Shown: positions 8,456 through 18,477, counted from the first letter of the stretch. The stretch: 64,000 bases of DNA from an uncultured Bacilli bacterium (GCA_934130045.1 CAKOXI010000003.1:11103-75102), one strand, 5' to 3'. Notes: generated by a model from the letters alone, not told the origin. Translations and numbers: made by a program.

Positions 8456-9157
8456 ATGTATAGTAGAGATTTTTGCAACATATATAATGAATATGGTTGG
8501 GATTATTTTAGTTTAACAATGGGTGGAGCCATATTAAAATATTTTTTACTTAATAATAAAATAATAAATAATCACCTTGATTTAGGGTGTGGTTGTGGTA
8601 CGTTATGTGATTATTTTTATCGTAATAATATTAGTACTAAGGGTGTTGACATATCAAAATATATGATAGAAATTGCTAAAGGTAAAAATCATAATATAGA
8701 TTTTGAAATAGGTGATATGACAAATTATAAATCTAATAGTACATATGATTTAATTACTATAACTTGCGATGCTATTAATCATATTTTAAATGAAGATAGT
8801 TTTGATTGTATGTTTAAGAATATATATGATATGTTAAATAATGATGGATTTTTCATATTTGATATTATTAATAAAGATAAAATAGAATTCAATAAGCCAA
8901 TTATTAGTAATAGAGATAATAACATAAAAGTTGAATATTATATTACAGAAGAAAATAGTATAATAAATACTAATGTCAAAGTATTAAAAAGTGATAAATT
9001 AGTATTTGAGGAAGATGAAAAAGAAAAAATATATAGTAATAAATTTATAGAAAAAATGCTTATAAAAAATAATTTTAATATAATAAAGGTTTCTGATAGG
9101 ATACTAAATGAGGAACAAAGATTTAAAGACAAAATATATTTTATTTGTAAAAAATAA
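8456..9157 (+). CDS. Class I SAM-dependent methyltransferase
   Basis: HLDLGCGCGTL is SAM-binding motif I, and DLITITCDAINH is also present. GGAGG lies 5 nt before the ATG at 8456; the track ORF starts at 8444. Confidence 0.8.
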   Translation: MYSRDFCNIYNEYGWDYFSLTMGGAILKYFLLNNKIINNHLDLGCGCGTLCDYFYRNNISTKGVDISKYMIEIAKGKNHNIDFEIGDMTNYKSNSTYDLITITCDAINHILNEDSFDCMFKNIYDMLNNDGFFIFDIINKDKIEFNKPIISNRDNNIKVEYYITEENSIINTNVKVLKSDKLVFEEDEKEKIYSNKFIEKMLIKNNFNIIKVSDRILNEEQRFKDKIYFICKK

Positions 9158-9228
9158 TCCAAATTTATTTATTGTTATATATAATAGTTTATAAAAACAT
9201 ATTATTAAATAAATAGTTAGGAGATTAT

Positions 9229-10023
9229 ATGATAAATTTTTTAAAGGGAATTATAGTTGGTATTGGTGGTATTGCGCCAGGACTTAGTGGTAGTGTTTTA
9301 TTAGTTATATTTGGCTTATATGAAAGTGTTATAAATTCTATTGGGACATTTTTCAAAAATATAAGAAAAAATATAAAATTTTTATTTCCTATATGTTGTG
9401 GCTTTGGAGTAGGAGTTATCATTTTTAGTAAAATCATAAATTATTTTTTAACAAAATTTGAAATGCCTACAAGATATTTATTTTTAGGATTAATTATAGG
9501 TACAATACCTTTATTTTTTAAAGAAGTAAAAAAATGTGGATTTAATAAAAAATATTATACAATTATTTTTATATCATTAATCATTGGAATATTATTATTT
9601 AATTTAAATCCAAATCTATTTAAACAAATAGAAAATCCCAATTTAATGCAATCAATTTTTTTAGGTGTAAGTGTTGCAACATCTTCTATTATTCCAGGTG
9701 TTGATAGCGCTGTAATATTGTCTTCACTGGGATTATATGAATTATACGTTAATTCACTTGCTACTATTAATTTAAGTATTTTAATACCTGCGTTTTTTGG
9801 ACTTGTTATTGGCGTTTTTGTTGTTTCATTTATAATAAATAAATTATTAAAGAGTTATTACACATTAACTTTTTCTATTTTGTTTGGTTTATTTATTTCT
9901 ATTATTCCTAATATTTTAAATGAAAATTGTAAATTAGGTTTTAATTTCATATCTGTTATTTCTATTCTTATGCTAATTATTGGTTTTATAATATCATTTT
10001 TATTAAGTAAGATAGAAAAATAA
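9229..10023 (+). CDS. DUF368 family membrane protein (PopT-type candidate undecaprenyl-phosphate translocase), paralog 1
   Basis: Polytopic, 264 aa. It carries the repeated signature IAPGLSGSVLLVIFGLYE and IIPGVDSAVILSSLGLYE. Confidence 0.75.
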   Translation: MINFLKGIIVGIGGIAPGLSGSVLLVIFGLYESVINSIGTFFKNIRKNIKFLFPICCGFGVGVIIFSKIINYFLTKFEMPTRYLFLGLIIGTIPLFFKEVKKCGFNKKYYTIIFISLIIGILLFNLNPNLFKQIENPNLMQSIFLGVSVATSSIIPGVDSAVILSSLGLYELYVNSLATINLSILIPAFFGLVIGVFVVSFIINKLLKSYYTLTFSILFGLFISIIPNILNENCKLGFNFISVISILMLIIGFIISFLLSKIEK

Positions 10024-10058
10024 AAAAATATGGTATAATTATATTAGGATGTGATAAT

Positions 10059-11783
10059 ATGAAAAAAAGCAAATTGTTAATTACTTTATTTTTACTATTA
10101 GGTGTTTTATCTGGTTGTGGAACAAATAAAAAACAAGATGATAAAAAATATGAAACAACTTTTACAAATATGATAGGAAAAAGTAGTGAGATCGTTAATA
10201 CATATATAAGCGGTGATACTGTAATATTTGAATATGTAACTCCAGGTTTAGATTCTTCTAATTCAGAAATAGTTAGTTATTCATTAAAAGATGATAAAGT
10301 ACTGGGAACATTAACTTTAAATGACGGCATTTATAAAGTAATGACTATAGAGGATAATTCATTTTATGTTGTTGATTTAAATGAGGGAGAATATACATTA
10401 TATAACTCAAATTGTGAAAAAATAGATAATAATAAGATTAGTGATAACACTATATCAACTATAAATTTAAGTAGTGATAATTCATACTTTTTATACCAAG
10501 ATATAAATAATTCGAAAATTTACAAATATGATATAAATTCTAAAAAATTAGTAGAATTACAAAATGAAAATGAATGGTTACAAGATATATATACTAATAA
10601 AACAAATTCTTATTTTATAGGTAATAATATAATTAAATATAATTCTAGTGATGATACAAAAGAAAAAATAGAAAATAAAGTTAATCCACAAATTGTAAAT
10701 GAAAATTATATATTTGGAATAAAATCATCATATTTGACTATGTATTCTTTTTCTGACAAAAATTATAAAATGCTAAAATTAAATAATGATTCAGAAAATA
10801 TTAAGGATGCTGAAGAAAATTTACTTGTTACTGTTGATGAATCAAATAATATATATATTTATGATTTTGCTAAAATGAAAATATTAAAGAGTCAAGAAGC
10901 AAATAATATTATTTCATTAAAAATTATAAATGATAATCAAATATTGATTGTTACTAATAATAAAAAATTAGAATATAAAATAGTTGATTTCAATAATTAT
11001 GAATCATTAACTAATTTTGTTTTAGAAGACTATAAAGAAAATACAATAAATGGTTATATTGATTTACCTGATTATACTGGTAGCGATACAACTGTTTCTT
11101 TAACAAAAAAAATAGAAGAAGAATATGGTGTAAGAATTTTATATGGTGATGATATTTTTAATATAAGTAGTTTAGGTTATAATTTTACTAAAGTTAGTGA
11201 GGATACTGCTTATTACTATATGTCATTAATTTATGCATATTTAGATTATTATCCTAAAGGTCTTTTGAAAGAAGCTGGATTAGGTAATCCTGTTATTATT
11301 TACTTATGCAGTGATTTAGGTCCAGGTGGTGTTAATTTATATGATAATGGGTACAATTTGATTTATGTTACTGTTGGTGGAAATGATGATTTTTTCCTAT
11401 CGACATTAACTCACGAAATAGGCCATGCCTTAGAACATAAGATATCTAGTGATTTATTACAAGGTTGGGTAGATATGATGCCTAGAGAAGTATTAGAAGC
11501 TTATGGTGATGGTATTGAAGGAATCACAGTTGAATTTACTAAGGATGATAAAGGGAAAACACCTGTTTGGTTTTATGATGTATATGGTAGGCAAAATGAA
11601 AAAGAAGATAGGGCAACTATATTTGCTGGTATGTATAATTCTTATGTTGACTCTGATTTAGGCTTATTTAAATATGATGGTCTAAAGAAAAAAGCAGATT
11701 ATTGGTCATATATGCTAAGACAAACTTATGATAGTTGTAAAAATATTGATGAATTTAAATGGGAAAAAATTATAAATAATTAA
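10059..11783 (+). CDS. Lipoprotein with a C-terminal HExxH zinc-metallopeptidase-like domain
   Basis: The signal peptide carries the lipobox LSGC (LLLGVLSGCGT). LTHEIGHALEH occurs in the C-terminal third. Confidence 0.6.
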   Translation: MKKSKLLITLFLLLGVLSGCGTNKKQDDKKYETTFTNMIGKSSEIVNTYISGDTVIFEYVTPGLDSSNSEIVSYSLKDDKVLGTLTLNDGIYKVMTIEDNSFYVVDLNEGEYTLYNSNCEKIDNNKISDNTISTINLSSDNSYFLYQDINNSKIYKYDINSKKLVELQNENEWLQDIYTNKTNSYFIGNNIIKYNSSDDTKEKIENKVNPQIVNENYIFGIKSSYLTMYSFSDKNYKMLKLNNDSENIKDAEENLLVTVDESNNIYIYDFAKMKILKSQEANNIISLKIINDNQILIVTNNKKLEYKIVDFNNYESLTNFVLEDYKENTINGYIDLPDYTGSDTTVSLTKKIEEEYGVRILYGDDIFNISSLGYNFTKVSEDTAYYYMSLIYAYLDYYPKGLLKEAGLGNPVIIYLCSDLGPGGVNLYDNGYNLIYVTVGGNDDFFLSTLTHEIGHALEHKISSDLLQGWVDMMPREVLEAYGDGIEGITVEFTKDDKGKTPVWFYDVYGRQNEKEDRATIFAGMYNSYVDSDLGLFKYDGLKKKADYWSYMLRQTYDSCKNIDEFKWEKIINN

Positions 11784-11814
11784 AAATATGCTATAATTAG
11801 GTAGAGGTGTAGTT

Positions 11815-12795
11815 ATGGAAAAGATTTTAACCGGTTTGCAACCAACAGGGGTAATCACTTTAGGAAATTATATAGGTGCAATAAAACAAATGATAAAATA
11901 TCAAGATATGTATGAATCTTATATTTTTATTGCGGATATGCATTCTATAACAGTACCACAAGATCCTATAGAATTATCTAAAAATATAAAAAGTTTATTA
12001 GCTTTATATTTAGCTTGTGGCATTGATCCTAAAAAAAATAAAATATTTCTTCAATCTGAAAATGAATATCATGCAAATATATCATGGCTTTTAGAATGTA
12101 ATACATATTATGGTGAATTATCTAGAATGACGCAATTTAAAGATAAAAGTAAAAAGAACACAAACTTTACTAGTGGTTTGCTTACATATCCAGTTTTAAT
12201 GGCAGCTGATATTTTAGCTTATGATGTTGACTATGTTGCAGTAGGTGTTGATCAAAAACAACATGTAGAACTAGCTCGTGATATCGCTGAACGTTTTAAC
12301 AAAAAATTTGGTAATACATTTAAAATGCCTAACCCTTTAATGACCAAAGAAGGAACTAAAATTATGGATTTAGTTGATCCTACAAAAAAAATGAGTAAAT
12401 CTAGTGAAAACCAAAAAGGTGTTATAAGATTACTAGATGAACCAGAGATTATTAGAAAAAAAATTATGGGTGCTACAACAGACTCTGATATGAAAATTTG
12501 TTTTGATGTAGAAAATAAACCTGGAATTTCAAATTTAATAAATATATATGTTTCATTAACTGGAAAAACAATTAAAGAAGTTGAAGAAATTTTTAAAGAT
12601 AAGAAATACGGAGAATTAAAGAGTAGTGTAGCTGATGTTGTAATTCAAGAATTATCAGTAATTCAAAAAAGGTATTATGAAATTATAGATGGTGAAGAGT
12701 TAAATAAAATTTTAGATGATGGAATAAATTTTACAAGAAATATATCAAAAAATAAATTTGAATTAATGAAAAATAAAATGGGATTACATCGTTAA
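11815..12795 (+). CDS. trpS: Tryptophan--tRNA ligase
   Basis: The LTGLQPTGVITLGNYIGA block and the KMSKS motif are present, and the size (326 aa) fits. Confidence 0.95.
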   Translation: MEKILTGLQPTGVITLGNYIGAIKQMIKYQDMYESYIFIADMHSITVPQDPIELSKNIKSLLALYLACGIDPKKNKIFLQSENEYHANISWLLECNTYYGELSRMTQFKDKSKKNTNFTSGLLTYPVLMAADILAYDVDYVAVGVDQKQHVELARDIAERFNKKFGNTFKMPNPLMTKEGTKIMDLVDPTKKMSKSSENQKGVIRLLDEPEIIRKKIMGATTDSDMKICFDVENKPGISNLINIYVSLTGKTIKEVEEIFKDKKYGELKSSVADVVIQELSVIQKRYYEIIDGEELNKILDDGINFTRNISKNKFELMKNKMGLHR

Positions 12796-12842
12796 TCTCA
12801 TTTTTAAGTATTTAATGAATATAGTAAAGGAAGGTAACGATA

Positions 12843-13061
12843 ATGAATGATAATAAAAAACAAGAAAAAGCAAGAGAATTTTGTAGTAAAGTTAGAGCAT
12901 TAGCAGCAGAATATGATTTACCATTTTTTGTAGTCACAGATGGAGCTAGTGCAACCGGCAACAATGGCTGTGAAGCTGTTAAAAATGCTCGTCTTAATCA
13001 TATTAAATGGGAAATGGAACATAAATATGATCCATATGAAGATTGGAATAAAGAAAATTAA
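12843..13061 (+). CDS. Hypothetical small protein (72 aa)
   Basis: The ORF has AAGGAAGG upstream. I recognise no family. Confidence 0.45.
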   Translation: MNDNKKQEKAREFCSKVRALAAEYDLPFFVVTDGASATGNNGCEAVKNARLNHIKWEMEHKYDPYEDWNKEN

Positions 13062-13116
13062 TATAGAAATTGTTTAAATTATTAATAATAAAAAATATGT
13101 AATGTGGTGATTAATA

Positions 13117-13680
13117 ATGATAAAAAATTTAAACGAAGAACAAAGATTTAAAATAATAAATAGAAAAAAGATTCCACTAAGTGTTATAAATTACCTTAAT
13201 GGGATATTAAGAGATATTTATATAACTTTAGAGAATAGTAGTGGTTATTTACTTGATTTAATGAAACATGAGAAATTAAGTGGTTGGTGCTTTCAAACAA
13301 CAGAGTCATCTATAATTTTTTTTGATGATAATGATTATATTGAAAGAGGATATTTAAACTTTGAAAAAGGTAAAGAAAAATATTATCATTCTTGGATATG
13401 TTTTAAATTTGATAATATGGAATATGTTTTTGATCCATGTTTAAATATTATATGTAAAAAGATAGATTATATAAAAGTATTTGAAATTGAGGTACTTAGT
13501 TGTGTAAATGCTAAAATGGTTAGGGAAGAATTTATAAAACAAATGAAAAGTAGTAACTCTGAAGTTATAGTTTCTGGAGTAGAAGACTTAAATAAACCTT
13601 TATATAGAAATAATTCAGGTTATAAAGCTATAATTGAAGAAAATCATATAAAAAAAATGAATGTTTATTTTTATAAATAA
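13117..13680 (+). CDS. Hypothetical protein with a transglutaminase/papain-like Cys-His-Asp arrangement
   Basis: LSGWCFQTT (Cys), YYHSWICF (His) and YVFDPCLN (Asp) occur in the order and spacing of transglutaminase-like cysteine peptidase cores. Confidence 0.4.
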   Translation: MIKNLNEEQRFKIINRKKIPLSVINYLNGILRDIYITLENSSGYLLDLMKHEKLSGWCFQTTESSIIFFDDNDYIERGYLNFEKGKEKYYHSWICFKFDNMEYVFDPCLNIICKKIDYIKVFEIEVLSCVNAKMVREEFIKQMKSSNSEVIVSGVEDLNKPLYRNNSGYKAIIEENHIKKMNVYFYK

Positions 13681-13818
13681 CATAAAAATTCCATAATATT
13701 TTTATATATATTTAAAATATTTATTTTGTATATAGTGGTTTATAGATGTGAGTATAGACTATTTTAAAAAAATTTGGTATAATTATTTAGTATTTTTAGT
13801 TTTAAGAAAGGAGTTATT

Positions 13819-15465
13819 ATGAGTAAAATTAAAATATTTAGTTTAGGTGGATTAAACGAAATTGGAAAAAATATGTATGTAGTAGAAGTTGATCAAGATA
13901 TTTTTGTATTTGATGCTGGACTTAAATTTGCGGATGATAAGATGCTAGGAGTAGATTATATAATTCCTAATTATGATTATTTAAAAATGAATTCTAAAAG
14001 AATAAAAGGAATTTTTATTACTCATGCTCATGATCAACAAATGGGAGCTATTGCCGATATATTAAAAGATATACCAAATCTAAAAGTATATGGTTGCTCC
14101 TTTACTATTGATATATTAAAAAAAGAACTAATTAATGAAAAAATTGATACATCTAATTTGATAGTTCTTGTACCACATAGAAAAATTAATTTTGGACCTA
14201 ATAGTATTTTTCCAGTAAGTTTAACCCATTCAGTGCCAGATACAGTTGGTTATATATTAAATACTGTTGATGGAGCAATTTTTTATACGGGAAATTTTGT
14301 TTTTGATCCAACAATGAGAGGTAATTATAAAACGGATATTGGAAAGTTGGCATATGTTGGTAAACAAGGTGTATTATGTTTACTTAGTGAATCATTATAT
14401 GCTGATAAAAATGGTTTTACTTCACCAAATCATCGTGCTTCTTCAATCTTGAAAGAAACATTGAGTAAATATCAAGGAAGAATATTATTTAATGTATTTC
14501 AAACACAAATTTATAGATTGCAGGAATTATTTGATGAAATAAGCTTGACAGATCGTAAAGTAGTTATAATGGGTAAGAGATTAGAGGAAATTGTTCTTGA
14601 ATCTATAGAAAAAAAGTATATTATATTTGATAAAAATAGAATAAGCAATATCCATCATGTAAATGATTCCAATGTAGCTGTTATTATTTCTGATGAGAGA
14701 GAGAAACCATTTTCAAATTTAACTAGAATTGTTAAAGGTTATGATAAATTTATAAAAATTAATGAAGACGATACTGTAGTTTTTATATCACCTGTATATG
14801 ATGGTATGGAAATAAGAGCCACAAAATTATTTGATGGAATTGCCAAAATTGGTGCTTCGCTTGTCATTTTATCTAATAAAAAATATTTAGGTCATCATGC
14901 ATCTAAAGAAGATTTGATGTTAATGTTAGACTTAATACAACCTAAATATTATTTTCCAGTTATTGGTGAATATCGTCATCAAGTTGAAAATGCCAATAAC
15001 GCTAAAAAAATTGGAATAAAAGATGAAAATATTCTTTTGAAGTTAAATGGACAAGTTGTTCAATTTGTTGATGGAAAATTGGTCGATTCAAATGAAACAA
15101 TTAAAGTAGATGATATATTAATAGATGGTAAAACAGTTGGTGATATAGGGGAATTAGTCTTAAAGGATAGGGAAGCACTAAGTGATAATGGTATAGTTAT
15201 TGTTAGTGTTACTCTAGATAAATCAACTAAAAAAATATTAGCAGGTCCAGAAATATTAACACGTGGATTTATTTATGTTAAAGATAATGTAGACTTAATA
15301 AAAGAAGCAGAAAAAATATCACTAGAAGTTATAAATGAAAATAGTAAACCTAATCATGTTGAATTTAATAAAATAAAAAATGGTATAAGGGATAAATTGG
15401 GAAAATATTTGTATCAAGAAACTGAATGTAAACCAATGATTTTAATTGTTTTACAAGAAGTATAA
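13819..15465 (+). CDS. rnj: Ribonuclease J family protein (RNase J2-like, with degenerate metallo-beta-lactamase motif II)
   Basis: IFSLGGLNEIGKNMYVVEVDQDIFVFDAGLKF matches the RNase J N-terminus and the length is 548 aa. Motif II reads THAHDQQMG where THGHEDHIG is canonical. Confidence 0.85.
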   Translation: MSKIKIFSLGGLNEIGKNMYVVEVDQDIFVFDAGLKFADDKMLGVDYIIPNYDYLKMNSKRIKGIFITHAHDQQMGAIADILKDIPNLKVYGCSFTIDILKKELINEKIDTSNLIVLVPHRKINFGPNSIFPVSLTHSVPDTVGYILNTVDGAIFYTGNFVFDPTMRGNYKTDIGKLAYVGKQGVLCLLSESLYADKNGFTSPNHRASSILKETLSKYQGRILFNVFQTQIYRLQELFDEISLTDRKVVIMGKRLEEIVLESIEKKYIIFDKNRISNIHHVNDSNVAVIISDEREKPFSNLTRIVKGYDKFIKINEDDTVVFISPVYDGMEIRATKLFDGIAKIGASLVILSNKKYLGHHASKEDLMLMLDLIQPKYYFPVIGEYRHQVENANNAKKIGIKDENILLKLNGQVVQFVDGKLVDSNETIKVDDILIDGKTVGDIGELVLKDREALSDNGIVIVSVTLDKSTKKILAGPEILTRGFIYVKDNVDLIKEAEKISLEVINENSKPNHVEFNKIKNGIRDKLGKYLYQETECKPMILIVLQEV

Positions 15466-15516
15466 AAAAACATAAGTAAATTCTTATGTTTTTTTATTTT
15501 TAATAATTAAGTTATA

Positions 15517-16134
15517 TTAAATTTTTCTATATAATCCTATAGCTTTACCTAATATTGTAACGTTATTTAGTATTATAGGTGCCATTGTATCATTTTCAGG
15601 TTGCAAACGGATATAACCATCTTCTTTATAAAACGTTTTTAATGTTACTTCGTTTTCATCTGTCATAGCAACAACAATTTCGCCATTTCTAGCTGTATTT
15701 TTTCTTTCAACTATAACAATATCACCATCTAAAATACTGGCATTAATCATACTTGTTCCACTTACTAAAAGAGTAAAAACTTCTTTATTATTTGGAATTA
15801 AATAAGATGGTAATGCAAAATATTCATTAGGTTGTTCAATGGCTTCAATGGGATTTCCAGCAGTTATTTTTCCTAAAAGAGGAACCTCTGTAATTAATTC
15901 ATTTTGTGGCTCATATTCATTTTTTACTAATAATTCTATAGCTCTATTTTTTGTATCATTTTTCTTTATGACACCTTTTTGCTCTAAATTCGCTAGATGT
16001 GCATGGATTGTTGCAGGAGAAGAAACACCCATAGCTTCTCCTATTTCTCTTATTGTTGGTGGGAATCCGTGTTTTACCATAAATACTTTTATAAAATCTA
16101 AAATTTCATCTTGTCTTTTTGTGAGTACTGCCAT
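15517..16134 (-). CDS. lexA: LexA repressor
   Basis: KRQDEILDFIK...GFPPTIREIGEAMGVSSPATIHAHLANLEQKG is the HTH. The Ala-Gly cleavage site (ITAGNP), the Ser (SGTSM) and the Lys (VTLKTF) are all present. Confidence 0.95.
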   Translation of the reverse strand: MAVLTKRQDEILDFIKVFMVKHGFPPTIREIGEAMGVSSPATIHAHLANLEQKGVIKKNDTKNRAIELLVKNEYEPQNELITEVPLLGKITAGNPIEAIEQPNEYFALPSYLIPNNKEVFTLLVSGTSMINASILDGDIVIVERKNTARNGEIVVAMTDENEVTLKTFYKEDGYIRLQPENDTMAPIILNNVTILGKAIGLYRKI

Positions 16135-16189
16135 AATACCCCTCCTCTACTAAGTATATAAATATGATAACATATACTATGTCAATTGT

Positions 16190-16203
16190 CAAACAATTGT
16201 TCG
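16190..16203. promoter_or_regulatory. Cheo/SOS box 1 (LexA operator, probably lexA autoregulation)
   Basis: CAAACAATTGTTCG against the consensus CGAACNNNNGTTCG, with one mismatch. Confidence 0.55.
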
Positions 16204-16222
16204 CAAAAATTTAATTTTGATA

Positions 16223-16251
16223 TTGACACGAATATTTGTTCGTGATAATAT
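16223..16251 (+). promoter_or_regulatory. Sigma-A promoter of the small ORF divergent from lexA
   Basis: TTGACA (16223-16228), a 17-nt spacer, then TAATAT (16246-16251). The spacer contains SOS box 2. Confidence 0.6.
16229..16242. promoter_or_regulatory. Cheo/SOS box 2 (LexA operator)
   Basis: CGAATATTTGTTCG against the consensus CGAACNNNNGTTCG, with one mismatch. It begins immediately after the -35 hexamer. Confidence 0.65.
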
Positions 16252-16276
16252 AGATATAGGTTTGAGGAGGTATGTT

Positions 16277-16423
16277 ATGAAAGAAATTTTAAGAAGTAAA
16301 GGTATTATTTGTTTTTTTATTATTGTATTTTGTATAGGATGTTTTTCATCAAAACCAACTAATTCTATGGAAGGTAGTAATATAGATAATGATTTAATTG
16401 TTATAAATAGTAATAATAATTAA
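16277..16423 (+). CDS. Small single-pass membrane protein (48 aa), candidate SOS-induced division inhibitor (YneA/SosA positional analog)
   Basis: GGAGG lies 7 nt before the ATG at 16277. The sequence is MKEILRSKGIICFFIIVFCIGCFSSKPTNSMEGSNIDNDLIVINSNNN, and the gene is divergent from lexA. The track ORF (16217) starts upstream of the promoter. Confidence 0.5.
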   Translation: MKEILRSKGIICFFIIVFCIGCFSSKPTNSMEGSNIDNDLIVINSNNN

Positions 16424-16485
16424 AAAATTATTTATTATTTTTTTTATTTTTGGTAAAATAATAAATGATATGGTAGGTGTAAAAT

Positions 16486-18477
16486 ATGGATAGAGAAATT
16501 ATTAATAATATAAAATCTTTGGCAATTGATATGATAGAAAGTGCTGGTAGTGGTCATCCAGGTATTTCTTTGAGTTCTGCTCCAATTATTTATACATTAT
16601 ATTCAAAATATATGAACATAAGTACAAATGATGTTAATTGGATTAGTAGGGATAGATTTGTTATGTCAGCTGGACATGGTTCTGCACTATTATATGCAAC
16701 TTTGTTTATGTGTGGATTTGATATTAAAATAAACGATTTAAAGAATTTTAGGAGAGCTAATTTCAAAACTCCTGGTCATCCAGAACTTGGAGTAACTCCA
16801 GGGGTTGATATGACAACGGGGCCATTGGGTCAAGGATTTGCTTCTGCTGTTGGAATGGCATTAGCTCAAAAAATATTAAGAAGTCAATATTTTTTTCCTA
16901 AAAAAAGCATGATTGAACTTGAAACACCTGTATTAGATTACAATATTTATGTTTTATGTAGCGACGGAGATTTAATGGAAGGAATAACCTATGAGGCTGC
17001 ATCATTTGCGGGAGCTCATAATTTAAATAATTTGATTGTTTTATATGATTCAAATAATGTAACTTTAGATGGTGATACTAAAAATGTTTTTTCCGAAAAT
17101 ATAGGTGAAAGATTTAAAGCCCTTGGGTGGAATTACGAATATGTAAAAAATGGTAATAGTGTATCTGAAATTGATAAGGCCTTAAAAAGAGCGGTTAATT
17201 CATCAAAGCCAACACTAGTTGAGATAAAAACTATTTTAGGCTATGGTTTACCAGGTCAAGGATCAAGTGATGTACATGGAAAGGTTCTAAATAAAAATGA
17301 TATTTATGTTTTGAAAAAATCATTGGGATTGGATGGAAAGGAACCGTTTTATTATTCTGAAAATTTAAGGCAACAAATGATGAAAATGATTTCTGAAAGA
17401 AGTGGACAAAAATATAGTAAATGGTCAAATAATTATAGAATTTATATTGATAAATTTTTAAATGGTGATAGTAAAAGATTTGATTATTTATTTAATCATA
17501 ATATTGATGTTGATTTAAATGGTATTGATTGGAGATTTGAACGTGATTTAAAGGAAGCAACTAGGGTAACTAATCAAAGAATAATGTGTGAAATAGCTAA
17601 AATGTTACCTAATTTTATTGGTGGAAGTGCAGATTTAAAAACATCAACTATGACCAATTTAGTTGACCAACCTTTAATAACTTTTGAAAATTATAATGGT
17701 AAACAAATATCTTATGGGGTAAGAGAACATTCGATGGGAGCAATATCAAATGGACTTGCATTAAGTGGTTTTAGACCATTTTGCTCAACTATGTTAGCTT
17801 TTTCAGATTATTTAAAACCCTCTGTTAGATTATCTGCTATGATGAAACTTCCTGTTACTTATATTTTTTCTCATGATTCTATTAGTATTGGTCAAGATGG
17901 ACCAACTCATCAACCAGTTGAACAATTGTCCTCTTTAAGAAATATTCCTAATATGAGGGTATATAGACCAGCTGATGCTCATGAATTGGTTGGATGTTGG
18001 AATTGTATTTTAAACGATTTTAAAAGACCAAGTGCTTTAATTTTATCAAAGCAAGATGTATTTCTTTTACCAACAACTAATTCTTCAAGTGTTTCAAAAG
18101 GAGCATATATTGTTAGAAAGGAACAATACAAACTTGATGGTATAATAATAGCAACAGGTTCGGACTTATTTACAGCTATTAATTTAGCTAGGGATTTTTT
18201 TGTTAATAAACAAATTGATTTACGTATAGTAAGTATGCCTGAAATGTCTTTATTCCTAGAACAACCAATTGAGTATCAAGATATGATTTTACCTAAATAT
18301 GTAAAAACATTTGTTATTGAGGCAAGTAATGATCCTAATTGGTACCAATTTGCAACATCAAAGGAATATGTATTTGCTGTTAAGGATTTTGGTATTAGTG
18401 GAACTAGGGAAGAAGTTAATAAATATTGTGGATTTGAATATAATATTTTTAAAAACAGTATGGAAACACTTTTATAG
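16486..18477 (+). CDS. tkt: Transketolase
   Basis: SGHPGISLSSAPIIYTLY, GPLGQGFASAVGMA and GEDGPTHQPVEQL-like (GQDGPTHQPVEQL) motifs are present. 663 aa. Confidence 0.95.
   Translation: MDREIINNIKSLAIDMIESAGSGHPGISLSSAPIIYTLYSKYMNISTNDVNWISRDRFVMSAGHGSALLYATLFMCGFDIKINDLKNFRRANFKTPGHPELGVTPGVDMTTGPLGQGFASAVGMALAQKILRSQYFFPKKSMIELETPVLDYNIYVLCSDGDLMEGITYEAASFAGAHNLNNLIVLYDSNNVTLDGDTKNVFSENIGERFKALGWNYEYVKNGNSVSEIDKALKRAVNSSKPTLVEIKTILGYGLPGQGSSDVHGKVLNKNDIYVLKKSLGLDGKEPFYYSENLRQQMMKMISERSGQKYSKWSNNYRIYIDKFLNGDSKRFDYLFNHNIDVDLNGIDWRFERDLKEATRVTNQRIMCEIAKMLPNFIGGSADLKTSTMTNLVDQPLITFENYNGKQISYGVREHSMGAISNGLALSGFRPFCSTMLAFSDYLKPSVRLSAMMKLPVTYIFSHDSISIGQDGPTHQPVEQLSSLRNIPNMRVYRPADAHELVGCWNCILNDFKRPSALILSKQDVFLLPTTNSSSVSKGAYIVRKEQYKLDGIIIATGSDLFTAINLARDFFVNKQIDLRIVSMPEMSLFLEQPIEYQDMILPKYVKTFVIEASNDPNWYQFATSKEYVFAVKDFGISGTREEVNKYCGFEYNIFKNSMETLL

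Noticed and set aside
11784-11814. An expected T-box riboswitch upstream of trpS.
   Set aside because: The intergenic spacer is only 31 nt. No specifier or T-box sequence can fit, so trpS appears to be co-transcribed with the upstream lipoprotein gene.
16217-16276. The N-terminal extension of the small lexA-divergent ORF (track start at 16217).
   Set aside because: The extension starts upstream of the predicted -35/-10 and has no RBS. The ATG at 16277, preceded by GGAGG, is the plausible start.
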